A stretch of 64,000 nt of DNA from Acidobacteriota bacterium (GTDB taxonomy: Bacteria; Acidobacteriota; Vicinamibacteria; Fen-336). Positions 31,527 to 39,804 of this stretch are shown one piece after another. Below the pieces are notes generated by a model that was given only the letters and a program-made list of their open reading frames with translations, had not been told where the DNA came from and made no database searches. Both the position numbers and the translations under genes were made by a program. The stretch covers positions 40,150 through 104,149 of the forward strand of contig JAQBHI010000049.1 of the NCBI GenBank assembly GCA_032127875.1. The letters run 5' to 3'. How positions within the stretch are numbered: the first letter of the stretch is position 1; the number at the start of each line of letters is the position of its first letter.

Positions 31527-32309
31527 TCAGAGCTCGATGGCGGGTCCCTCGAGCGGAACTGGCCTGTCGCCTCCGGGTTGCTCGCCGTCGAGGTGCAGCC
31601 TGTTGACCACGTCGAACGCCAGCGTCTGGCGCGCGATGCTTTCGATCTTCACGCGTTCGACTGGGCTCTGGACGAACCCGGTGAGCGTCACTCGGCCGCG
31701 ATCCACGATGATCCGAATCGGCGGGTTGGCCCGGTGGGCGTACTGGGCAAAGTCGAGACTGCCATAGACCTGTGCGTAGATCTCCCGCCGCAGCCGATCG
31801 TCGAAGAGCGAGAGTGACTGCACGCTGATCCGGTTATCGATGGCGAGCACGCCGGCCACCTTCGCCACGGCCGCGTCGAGATCGCTCTTCCGGTTCGGGC
31901 GGTACACGGAGCCAGCCAGCGTCACGACGCCGTTGACGACGCCCAGCTCGACGCTGTCGAAGACCCCGTAGTAGGGGTAACGCAGGATGGCGCTGCGGAC
32001 GTCCTTGGTTATCTGCACGTCGGTGCGCTCTTCCGGAACCACGCGCAGGCGATTCTCGACGAGCTTGGATTCCTTGCGCGCGGAGCGCTCGGCCTCGCGG
32101 CGCGCGGCCAGCGTTGTGACCGCCCCGTCGAGGATTACGACGCCCTGCGCGGCGCTGACTTCGACCGCACCCTGGCTCACGGACTTGGACTTCGCGAGGC
32201 GCTCGAGAACGCGCTGCCTGACGTCATTGTCATCGGCTGTGGCCGGGAGCGCGGCCAGGAGGAAAATGGCGGCCGCCGCCCCCGTCATGCGATGAAGAGT
32301 GTGGTTCAT
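31527..32309 (-). CDS. BON-domain protein (OsmY-like), secreted
   Basis: Start at internal ATG (MNHTLHRMTGAAAAIFLLAALPATA signal peptide) preceded by GAGGGAA. Two BON repeats. Confidence 0.75.
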   Translation of the reverse strand: MNHTLHRMTGAAAAIFLLAALPATADDNDVRQRVLERLAKSKSVSQGAVEVSAAQGVVILDGAVTTLAARREAERSARKESKLVENRLRVVPEERTDVQITKDVRSAILRYPYYGVFDSVELGVVNGVVTLAGSVYRPNRKSDLDAAVAKVAGVLAIDNRISVQSLSLFDDRLRREIYAQVYGSLDFAQYAHRANPPIRIIVDRGRVTLTGFVQSPVERVKIESIARQTLAFDVVNRLHLDGEQPGGDRPVPLEGPAIEL

Positions 32310-32485
32310 GATTCCCTCTGCTCTGAGGCCAGGCCCCCTTCGGCGGCCTCTGCGCCTCACTCTGGAGCAAGTTGCTTGCCAGTGCCCGCACGACGGCAAG
32401 TGCGTGAGCCACATCGCCTTCACATCTCTTGACGAGTGCGCGCTGTCCGCGGGCGCGGACAGGCAGCGGACTTGCCGGGCGTGGG

Positions 32486-32923
32486 CTACAAATCAGCCAG
32501 TATTTCTTCGGGGTGGGCGGCGGCGTTGACCTTCGGGTAGGCCTTCTTCACCTTGCCGTCCGGCGCGATCAGATAGCTAATGCGCTTCGCGTGCTGGGCG
32601 GTGGCGTCGTCAGCGGCTCCATACGCCAGCCCAATGGCGCGATTCGCGTCGGATAGCAGCGGGAAGTCGAAGCCGAATTTCTGAGCAAAGACGGCCTGGT
32701 CAGGGACCGTGTCGAAGCTGACGCCCAGCACCTGCACGCCCTTGTCCCCGTACTGCCGAATCCGGTCGCGGAACCCGCAACCTTCGGCCGTTCAACCGGG
32801 CGTGTCGGCCTTCGGATAGAACCAGAGAACGACGCTCCGGCCACGATACTGGGAGAGCCGGATCAGCTTGCCCGTGTGGTCGCGCACCTCGAAATCCGGC
32901 GCCTCGGCTCCGACCTCCAGCAT
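32486..32923 (-). CDS. bcp: Bcp-type peroxiredoxin with in-frame TGA (predicted selenocysteine) at the peroxidatic position
   Basis: ATG at 32921-32923. Translation is MLEVGAEAPDFEVRDHTGKLIRLSQYRGRSVVLWFYPKADTPG-U-TAEGCGFRDRIRQYGDKGVQVLGVSFD..., and it runs in frame into ORF-track entry 32486..32737. The TGA at 32792-32794 replaces the Cys of the conserved PGCT motif. The resolving Cys five residues later is retained. Confidence 0.75.
32764..32782 (-). other. Candidate bacterial SECIS hairpin downstream of the UGA
   Basis: mRNA GGUUGCGG-GUU-CCGCGACC (8-bp stem with one G-U pair) beginning 10 nt after the UGA. The apical loop carries G and U and lies about 18 nt from the UGA. Confidence 0.45.
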
Positions 32924-32944
32924 AGCGAGACCCCCAGCACCCGA

Positions 32945-33544
32945 TTATACGGCGAGGCTGTCGCCGCGGGCCGACCAGCGCAGCGACCATACGCAGGCCA
33001 CGTCGCCCTTGTTCTGGCAGTAACGCTCCTCGGCGCTCACGGACCCGCCGGTGAGACATTCGATGGAGCGGCGGATGTAGCCCTTGGCGGAGAGGCAGTA
33101 GATCGGATCGTTTTCGGGGTAATCGCTGAAGGAGATCTCGCCGACGCTGAAGTTGATGCGGCGATAATCGGCGCGGCCGAAGTTGTGGAAGCGCCGGTGC
33201 TCCTCGGCCATGCGCGCGAGAAAACCGTGCACGTTGATGAGCGCCGCGTGCTCTCCAAGCCAGAACGTACGCTGCTGCGCAGAAGCCTCACCCAGACGCT
33301 CGTACAGGAGTTCGTCACCCTTGCCAAACTGCGTGGCGATGGCCCGGTCCAGGCGGATCAGCGTGCCGAACGGGTACCAGGTGTTCCTGTCGACGCCTGC
33401 GAGTCGGCCACGATCCTGGGCGGGAAGCGCCTCGAGGACGCGGGCGATCGCGTCGGACCCGTGCTCCCGTTTCAAGTACTCGAAACGGGACACGACGATC
33501 TGTCCGTGCAGGTGGGGCCCCCTGAGATCCGATGGCTCGCTCAT
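32945..33544 (-). CDS. Hypothetical protein with C-terminal Cys-containing region (possibly DUF2378-like)
   Basis: 199 aa. Coding-like composition. Its stop is 22 nt before the selenoprotein start on the same strand. Confidence 0.5.
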   Translation of the reverse strand: MSEPSDLRGPHLHGQIVVSRFEYLKREHGSDAIARVLEALPAQDRGRLAGVDRNTWYPFGTLIRLDRAIATQFGKGDELLYERLGEASAQQRTFWLGEHAALINVHGFLARMAEEHRRFHNFGRADYRRINFSVGEISFSDYPENDPIYCLSAKGYIRRSIECLTGGSVSAEERYCQNKGDVACVWSLRWSARGDSLAV

Positions 33545-33701
33545 GCCGGGGCTGAAGAGCAGGATTCGTGCCCGCTCGCTATCAACGACTTACGCATGGC
33601 TCGTCGGACGGGACGGCCGACAAGCTGACATGGCCGGCTGGAAGTCGGACAGGCCCGCGGGCCTTGAGAGTTGCCCCGCCGATCCTTTACACTTAAACGA
33701 T

Positions 33702-34475
33702 ATGAGCCTGGCGGGGCGTAGGGCACTGGTGACGGGAGGCGGGCGCGGCATCGGGCGGGCCGTGGCTCGAGAACTCGCGCGCGCCGGCGTTTCGGTCGCG
33801 GTCGCGTCTCGGACGCGGGCCGAGCTCGACGCCGTCGTCGCGGAACTGCACGCCGCGAATCTCCGCGCGGCAAGCTTCACGGCCGACGTCTCCAGGGCCG
33901 AGGATGTGGCCAGCCTGGTGCGCGCCGCCGACGAGGCGCTGGGTGGTCTAGACATCCTCGTGAATGCGGCGGGCACAGCACCTTCGGCGCCGCTCGTGAA
34001 GACCTCCGACGAGCAGTGGCGGGCGGCCATCGAGACCAACCTCAGCGGCGCCTTCTATGCGATGCGCGCCGCGCTGCCTGGGATGCTGGCGGCGAGCTGG
34101 GGGCGTGTCGTGAACGTGGCCTCGATCGCGGGCAAGACTGGCTACCCCTACATCTCGGCCTACGCCGCGAGCAAACATGGCCTGCTCGGGCTCACGAAAT
34201 GCGCGGCCCTCGAAGTCGCGGAGAAGGGCGTCACGGTCAACGCCGTCTGCCCCGGCTATGTCGATACGCCCATGACGGACCTGTCGATAGCCCGCATCGT
34301 CGAGAAGACCTGCCGGCCGGCCGCCGAGATTCGGCGTCGCCTCGAGGACGCAAGCCCGCAAAAGCGGCTCTACACCGCGGAGGAGGTGGCGGCGCTGGTC
34401 GTGTTCCTGTGCGGCGAGGCCGCAAGCGGCATCAACGGCCAGGCGCTTAGCGTCGATGGTGGGACGCTGGTTTGA
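33702..34475 (+). CDS. SDR-family oxidoreductase (FabG-like 3-oxoacyl reductase)
   Basis: TGGGRGIGRAVA, NAAG, catalytic YAASKHGLLG. The ORF-track entry 33183..34475 is a spurious 5' extension. Confidence 0.85.
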   Translation: MSLAGRRALVTGGGRGIGRAVARELARAGVSVAVASRTRAELDAVVAELHAANLRAASFTADVSRAEDVASLVRAADEALGGLDILVNAAGTAPSAPLVKTSDEQWRAAIETNLSGAFYAMRAALPGMLAASWGRVVNVASIAGKTGYPYISAYAASKHGLLGLTKCAALEVAEKGVTVNAVCPGYVDTPMTDLSIARIVEKTCRPAAEIRRRLEDASPQKRLYTAEEVAALVVFLCGEAASGINGQALSVDGGTLV

Positions 34476-34864
34476 AGCTGCAGCCCGTGAATCCTGCGAG
34501 CCTGGCGCTGGCCCGCGGCTACAGCCACGGCATGCGGGGCTCCGGCGAGGTGCTCTTCGTTGCCGGCCAGATCGGCTGGGATGCACAGGCTCGGCTGGTG
34601 TCCGACGACTTCGCGCTCCAGTTCGGCCAGGCGCTCGACAACGTCCTGGCGGTCGTGCGAGAGGCGGGCGGCAGCCCTCAATCGATCGGCCGCTTGACGA
34701 TCTACGTCGTGGACAAGCGCGAGTACCTGGCGCGGGCCAAGGACGTCGGGGCGGCCTATCGGACCCGCATGGGGCGCCACTTCCCCGCGATGGCCCTCGT
34801 CGAAGTGAAGTCGCTCCTCGAGGCGGGGGCGAAGCTGGAAATCGAGGCGACGGCGCTGCTGTGA
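34472..34864 (+). CDS. RidA/YjgF-family protein
   Basis: 130 aa. TTG start overlapping the SDR stop (TTGA). Typical RidA fold signatures (VFVAGQIG ... PAMALVEV). Confidence 0.7.
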   Translation: MKLQPVNPASLALARGYSHGMRGSGEVLFVAGQIGWDAQARLVSDDFALQFGQALDNVLAVVREAGGSPQSIGRLTIYVVDKREYLARAKDVGAAYRTRMGRHFPAMALVEVKSLLEAGAKLEIEATALL

Positions 34865-35304
34865 AGAACACTGACTCGCGCCTGGCACTTTCGGTCTGGG
34901 TCCGGTTGCTCAAGGCGCACGGCCTGCTGTTGCGCGAGGTGCGGCGCCGCGTGCCCGACGCGCTCACGCTGCCGCAGTTCGACGTGCTTGCGCAGCTTTA
35001 TCGCAGCGACGAGGGCATGACGCCGGGCCGGCTCACCCGGGAGCTGCTGGTGACCGCGGGCAACGTCACGGGCATCGTCGAGCGGCTCGCGAGCCTCGGG
35101 CTGGTCGAGCGCCACCCGGTGCCCGAGGATCGGCGGGCTGTGCGGATCCGGCTTACGGCCAAAGGCTCTAAGCTGATGCGGCGGGCCATTCCGCGCCATC
35201 GGCGCGAGGTCGGCACGCTGTTCGCCCCGTTGGCCGAGGGCGAGCTGGCCCACCTGCGCGACCTGCTGGGTACGCTGAACCAGCGACTGGAGGAGCGCGC
35301 ATGA
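34861..35304 (+). CDS. MarR-family transcriptional regulator
   Basis: GTG start overlapping the RidA stop. Winged-HTH MarR core (LTLPQFDVLAQLYRSDEGMTPGRLTRELLVTAGNVTGIVERLASLGLVER). Confidence 0.8.
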   Translation: MKNTDSRLALSVWVRLLKAHGLLLREVRRRVPDALTLPQFDVLAQLYRSDEGMTPGRLTRELLVTAGNVTGIVERLASLGLVERHPVPEDRRAVRIRLTAKGSKLMRRAIPRHRREVGTLFAPLAEGELAHLRDLLGTLNQRLEERA

Positions 35305-36101
35305 CGACGAAGGGCTTTCGTTGCCAGGAGGCGGGCGGCGTCGCGACGCTCACCCTCGACCGTCCGGACACGCTCAACTCGCTCACCTTCGAAATGTACC
35401 GCGAGCTGACCGGAGTCTTTCGCGCGCTGCCCGCCCGTCGGGAGATCCGGGCGGTGGTGCTCACCGGAGCCGGGCGCGCCTTCTGCACCGGCGGCGACGT
35501 GAAAGAGATCATCGGCGAACTGCTTCAGCACGACCACGCCCAGCTGCTGGCGTTCACGCGGCTCACGTGCGAGCTGGTGCGCGCGATGCGCGAAGCGCCA
35601 CAGCCGATCGTCGCCTGCCTCAACGGTACGGTGGCGGGCGCCGGGGCCGCCTTGGCACTCGCCGCCGACTTCCGCGTCGCGGCGGACACGGCGAAGATCG
35701 CGTTCCTGTTCGTGAAGGTGGGGTTGGCCGGCGCGGACATGGGCGCTGCCTGCCTGTTGCCACGAGTGGTGGGCCTGGGCCGCGCCACCCAGCTGCTCAT
35801 GACCGGCGACTTCGTCGACGCGACCGAAGCGGAGCGCATCGGCCTCTATCACCGCGTAGTGCCCAAAGACGGGCTCGACGCTGCGACCCGGTCACTCGTG
35901 GCGCGCCTGGTGCGCGCCCCTCGCGAGGCCATCGCCGCCACCAAGGCCGCGCTCAACCACGAACTCACGCTCGCGATCGGCACAGCACTCGACCACGAGG
36001 CCGTGGTCCAGGCCGAGCTGATGACGCGTCCCGATTTCCGCGAAGGCTTCGCGGCCTTCATGGAGAAGCGACCGCCCCGCTTCGAAGGAGCCCCCGAGTG
36101 A
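35301..36101 (+). CDS. Enoyl-CoA hydratase/isomerase (crotonase family)
   Basis: Crotonase fold motifs (AVVLTGAGRAFCTGGDVKE ... ACLNGTVAGAGAALALAADFRVA). ATGA overlap with MarR. Confidence 0.85.
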   Translation: MTTKGFRCQEAGGVATLTLDRPDTLNSLTFEMYRELTGVFRALPARREIRAVVLTGAGRAFCTGGDVKEIIGELLQHDHAQLLAFTRLTCELVRAMREAPQPIVACLNGTVAGAGAALALAADFRVAADTAKIAFLFVKVGLAGADMGAACLLPRVVGLGRATQLLMTGDFVDATEAERIGLYHRVVPKDGLDAATRSLVARLVRAPREAIAATKAALNHELTLAIGTALDHEAVVQAELMTRPDFREGFAAFMEKRPPRFEGAPE

Positions 36102-37228
36102 GCGACGATCCGTTCCTCGAAAGGAAGCACGCCCTTCTCGGCGAGCGCATCCGCGCCTTCGGCGACAAGTGGCTGCGCAGCTCGGCACAGGACGAGTCGG
36201 ACCCCGCCGGCCGGACGCGCCGGATCGTGACGGCGATGGCGGAAGCATCGTTCCTGCGCTACGCGGTGCCGCCCCCGCACGGGGCCATGGACCTGCGCTC
36301 GCTGGTGGTCGTGCGCGAGAACCTGGCGTACTTCTCGTCGCTCGCCGACACGGGCTTCGTCATGCAGGGCCTGGGTTCGTACCCGATCGCCCGCGTCGGC
36401 ACCGAAATCCAGCGCAACACCTGGCTGCCGCCGATCGCCGGCGGCCACGTGCTCGCCGCGTTTGCGGTCACCGAGCCCGAGGCCGGCTCGGACCTGGGCG
36501 GGATTCGCACGCAGGCGGATCGCGACGGCGCGCTGTGGCGCCTCACGGGCGTCAAGAGCTACATTTCGAACGCCGGCATCGCGGGCGTCTACAGCGTACT
36601 CGCCCGCACTGGAGAGGGCTCCTCCCATTCCGGGCTCTCGATGTTCCTCGTCGATGCCGAGGCGCCGGGCCTGTCGGTGAAGATGCTGGAAGCGATGGCC
36701 CCGCATCCGCTCGGGGAACTGCGCTTCAGCAACACGCCTGCCCTGCTGCTGGGTGAGCTAGGCGAAGGCTTCGCGCTCGCAACCGCGACGCTCGAGCAGT
36801 TTCGACCTACCGTGGGCGCCGCGGCCTGCGGCCTCGCCGGTCGCGCCTTCGACGAAGCGCTGCGCCACGCCCAGGCGCGACGGCAGTTCGGCCGCAGCCT
36901 CGCTGACTTCCAGGCCACGAAGATGGCCCTCGCTGAGATGCACGTCGAGATCGAGGGGGCGCGGCTGCTCGTCCACAGGGCGGCCTGGCGGAAGGACACC
37001 GGCGCCGAGTCGATCGCCCGCGAGGGCGCCGTGGCGAAGCTCGCTGCGACCGAGATGGCCCAGCGCGTGGTGGATCGCGCCGTGCAGATCCACGGCGCTC
37101 GGGGCGTGATGCGCGGATCGACCGTGGAGCGGCTGTACCGCGAGGTGCGGGCGCTGCGCATCTACGAGGGCACGAGCGAGATCCAGAAGCTGGTGATCGC
37201 CCGCGAGCTATTGAAGGAGAGCCGATGA
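36098..37228 (+). CDS. Acyl-CoA dehydrogenase
   Basis: ACAD N/M/C domains (AFAVTEPEAGSDLGGIRT ... YEGTSEIQKLVIAREL). GTG start overlapping the crotonase stop. Confidence 0.85.
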   Translation: MSDDPFLERKHALLGERIRAFGDKWLRSSAQDESDPAGRTRRIVTAMAEASFLRYAVPPPHGAMDLRSLVVVRENLAYFSSLADTGFVMQGLGSYPIARVGTEIQRNTWLPPIAGGHVLAAFAVTEPEAGSDLGGIRTQADRDGALWRLTGVKSYISNAGIAGVYSVLARTGEGSSHSGLSMFLVDAEAPGLSVKMLEAMAPHPLGELRFSNTPALLLGELGEGFALATATLEQFRPTVGAAACGLAGRAFDEALRHAQARRQFGRSLADFQATKMALAEMHVEIEGARLLVHRAAWRKDTGAESIAREGAVAKLAATEMAQRVVDRAVQIHGARGVMRGSTVERLYREVRALRIYEGTSEIQKLVIARELLKESR

Positions 37229-37938
37229 GCACGGACGTCGTTCGCGCGGAAGAAATGTCGGCCGAGTACCGGCAGATGATCGTGCAGCTGATGCAAAGCC
37301 AGGCCTATCGCGAGCTGGCGGCCGCCCACATGTTCGGCCACGGGCTGCGCTTCGTCCCGGACAAGTGGCTGCGCTTCATGGTCTGGCACATCCGGGAGGA
37401 AGCCGAGCACTACGAGGCGGTGGCGAAGATGTACGAACAGTTCACCGGCGAGAGCGTCGAGGCGGTGGTGCGCCAGCGCCTCGAGGGCAAGCCGATCCCG
37501 ATGGCCGAGAGCTGGATGGAGCTGGCGATGGCCCAGTTCCTCTACGACCGCGGCGGCTTCTGGCAGCTCAAGGAGTACGAGGAGTGCTCGTTCGTCGCCT
37601 ACCGCGCGGTGATCCAGAAGATCGTCAAGGAGGAAGCGGGCCACCAGAGCCTGGGCGAGAAGATCGTGGTCGAGCAATGCCAGTCGGGCGACTTCGAGGA
37701 GGTGAAGCAGGCGCTCTTCGAGAAGTGGCTCCGGATCGGACTGCTCTCGTTCGGACGACCCGGCACGCCCGGCAACCGCTACGCCATCGAGCAGGGCATC
37801 AAGAAGCGCGATTCGGGCGAGTGCATGAAGGACTTCGTGGCCGACATCCGGCCAGCGGTGAAGGCCGCCGGGCTGCGCTTTCCACGGCCCGCCGCGCTGC
37901 GCGTGGAACTGCCGGCCGACATCGACTGGAGCGCGTGA
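37225..37938 (+). CDS. Ferritin-like diiron-carboxylate protein, PaaA/PaaC (PF05138)-like
   Basis: Two E...ExxH motifs (RELAAAHMF ... IREEAEHY and EYEECS ... KEEAGHQ). 237 aa. ATGA coupling with the ACAD gene. Confidence 0.6.
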   Translation: MSTDVVRAEEMSAEYRQMIVQLMQSQAYRELAAAHMFGHGLRFVPDKWLRFMVWHIREEAEHYEAVAKMYEQFTGESVEAVVRQRLEGKPIPMAESWMELAMAQFLYDRGGFWQLKEYEECSFVAYRAVIQKIVKEEAGHQSLGEKIVVEQCQSGDFEEVKQALFEKWLRIGLLSFGRPGTPGNRYAIEQGIKKRDSGECMKDFVADIRPAVKAAGLRFPRPAALRVELPADIDWSA

Positions 37939-37939
37939 G

Positions 37940-38389
37940 ATGGGACGCATCCTGGACCTGTGCGCCGAGATCGCGGCCGAGGCCGAAGAGGGGGAAGACG
38001 GCCTGGTGATCTCCCCCGACGCCTGGGACCGTTTCCGGCAGGACTGGAACGACGAGGAAATCGAGGACGCGATGGCGCTCGTCAAGGACAGCCTGCTGCA
38101 GGGCGAGCTGGCCGAGGCGGCCGACAACCTTTCAGCCCGCCTCGTCGAGGTGCTCGGCCACTATGGAACCGCCCCGGCCTTCCAGCAGGCGGTGGCCGGC
38201 GAGGCGCGCATCAGCGTCGAGACGATCGGCCAGCTGGCGCGGCGCGTCAACCGCCTGGAGGAGGTCCTCGAGCTGTTCCGCGACGGCACGCCGCCCGACC
38301 GAGCCGGCTTCGATGGTCTGCGCCGCCGCCTGGTCGATCAAGGCATCGAAGCGGAGATGGTTGGCGACGACGAGGACGCCCAAGATTGA
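37940..38389 (+). CDS. Acidic hypothetical protein
   Basis: 149 aa, Asp/Glu-rich. The ATG is 2 nt after the preceding stop. Confidence 0.5.
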   Translation: MGRILDLCAEIAAEAEEGEDGLVISPDAWDRFRQDWNDEEIEDAMALVKDSLLQGELAEAADNLSARLVEVLGHYGTAPAFQQAVAGEARISVETIGQLARRVNRLEEVLELFRDGTPPDRAGFDGLRRRLVDQGIEAEMVGDDEDAQD

Positions 38390-38396
38390 CGCTTCG

Positions 38397-39797
38397 ATGA
38401 GCGAGGCCGGCCGGACCGCGGCGCTGCTGTTCCAACCGCTCCCGATCGGTCGCGGCGGGCTGCGCCTTCCCAACCGCATCTGGCTGCCGGCCATGGTGAC
38501 GTGGCGCGGCACCGAAGACGGCTTCGTGACGCCCGCAGTGCGCGAGATCTACCTACGCTACGCCCTGGGCGGCGCGGGCATGATCGTGCTCGAGGCCACT
38601 GGTATTCGCGACGTCGCCAGCGGACCCCTGCTGCGGCTCTCCCACGACCGCTACGTTCCAGGCCTGCGGGCGCTGCGCGAGGAGATGCGCGCGGCTTCCA
38701 ACTCGCTGGTGGTCCCGCAGATCATCGACTTTCTCAAGATCGCGAAGCGCAAGCCGACGCGGGAGTACATCGCCGGCATGGTGAGACGCGGGCGCCTCCC
38801 GCCCAGCGCGCTCGCCCAGAGCGATGCCGAGTTCGAGCAGAGCCTCGAGACGCAGCTTCCCGAGCCGCGTGATCGGCGTGACTTCCGTTTCGGCTACCGG
38901 CAAACCATCGAGGACCTGCCACTCTCCGAGATCCGGCAGATTCCGGGCTTCTTCGCGGCGGCCGCGCGGCGCGCCCGCCAGGCGGGCTTCGACGGCGTCG
39001 AACTGCACTTCGCCCACGCCTACACGATGGCGTCCTTTCTCTCCGTCACGAACCAGCGCGGCGACGCCTACGGCGGCAGCTTCGAGAATCGCATGCGCCT
39101 GCCGCTCGAGGTGGTCGCCACGGTGCGCGAAGAGGTCGGCCGTGATTTCCTCCTGGGCTGCCGGTATCTCGGCAGCGAGGACATCCTGGGCGAGGACGGG
39201 CGGATCCACGGCAACACGCTCGCGGATGCTCGGGCGATCGGCGTCGGGCTGAGTCGAGCCGGGCTCGACTTTCTCTCGATCTCACGTGGCGGCAAGTTCG
39301 ACGATGCCAAGCAGCCACCGATCGGCGAGGCCAGCTACCCCTACACGGGCTGGAGCGGTGCTCGGTGCATCCCGCGCGACAAGCAGGATCCGTTCGGCGT
39401 CAACGTGCCGCTGGCGGCGGGGATCCGCGAAGCGGTGCGGGCCGCGGGCTTCGCAGTGCCCGTCGTTGCGGCCGGCAAGATCCACACTTTCGAGCAGGCC
39501 GAGGGCATCTTGCGCGACGGCAGTGCCGACTTGATCGGCATGGCTCGCGCCCTGCTGGCCGACCCCGACCTGCCGCGCAAATGGACGGCCGGCGCCGACG
39601 AGGCCGGCCGCGCCTGCGTGTTCTGCCCATATTGCGAGCACGAAGACCAGCACCATCGCGTCGTGACGTGCACGCTGTGGCCTAAGCCTGCGGGAAACCA
39701 CCGGCTGCGCCTGACGCCAGCCGTGTGGGAGTGGGGGACGCGCTTCGATCGGCATGCCGTCTTCCACCCCGACTCCGCGCGGCTGAAGACGCGGTAG
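38397..39797 (+). CDS. NADH:flavin oxidoreductase (Old Yellow Enzyme family) with C-terminal Cys/His-rich motif
   Basis: OYE TIM-barrel motifs (LPNRIWLPAMVTW ... GFDGVELHFAHAYTMASFLS ... NQRGDAYGGSFENRMR). C-terminal CVFCPYCEHEDQHHRVVTC. The protein ends at 466 aa with no FAD/NADPH domain. Confidence 0.8.
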   Translation: MSEAGRTAALLFQPLPIGRGGLRLPNRIWLPAMVTWRGTEDGFVTPAVREIYLRYALGGAGMIVLEATGIRDVASGPLLRLSHDRYVPGLRALREEMRAASNSLVVPQIIDFLKIAKRKPTREYIAGMVRRGRLPPSALAQSDAEFEQSLETQLPEPRDRRDFRFGYRQTIEDLPLSEIRQIPGFFAAAARRARQAGFDGVELHFAHAYTMASFLSVTNQRGDAYGGSFENRMRLPLEVVATVREEVGRDFLLGCRYLGSEDILGEDGRIHGNTLADARAIGVGLSRAGLDFLSISRGGKFDDAKQPPIGEASYPYTGWSGARCIPRDKQDPFGVNVPLAAGIREAVRAAGFAVPVVAAGKIHTFEQAEGILRDGSADLIGMARALLADPDLPRKWTAGADEAGRACVFCPYCEHEDQHHRVVTCTLWPKPAGNHRLRLTPAVWEWGTRFDRHAVFHPDSARLKTR

Positions 39798-39804
39798 AAT
39801 CGCC

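Noticed and set aside
35321-37228. 635-aa ORF 35321..37228 spanning the crotonase and ACAD genes
   Set aside because: Its 5' half is an out-of-frame read-through of the crotonase gene (Arg/Pro/Gly-rich). The ACAD gene proper starts at GTG 36098.
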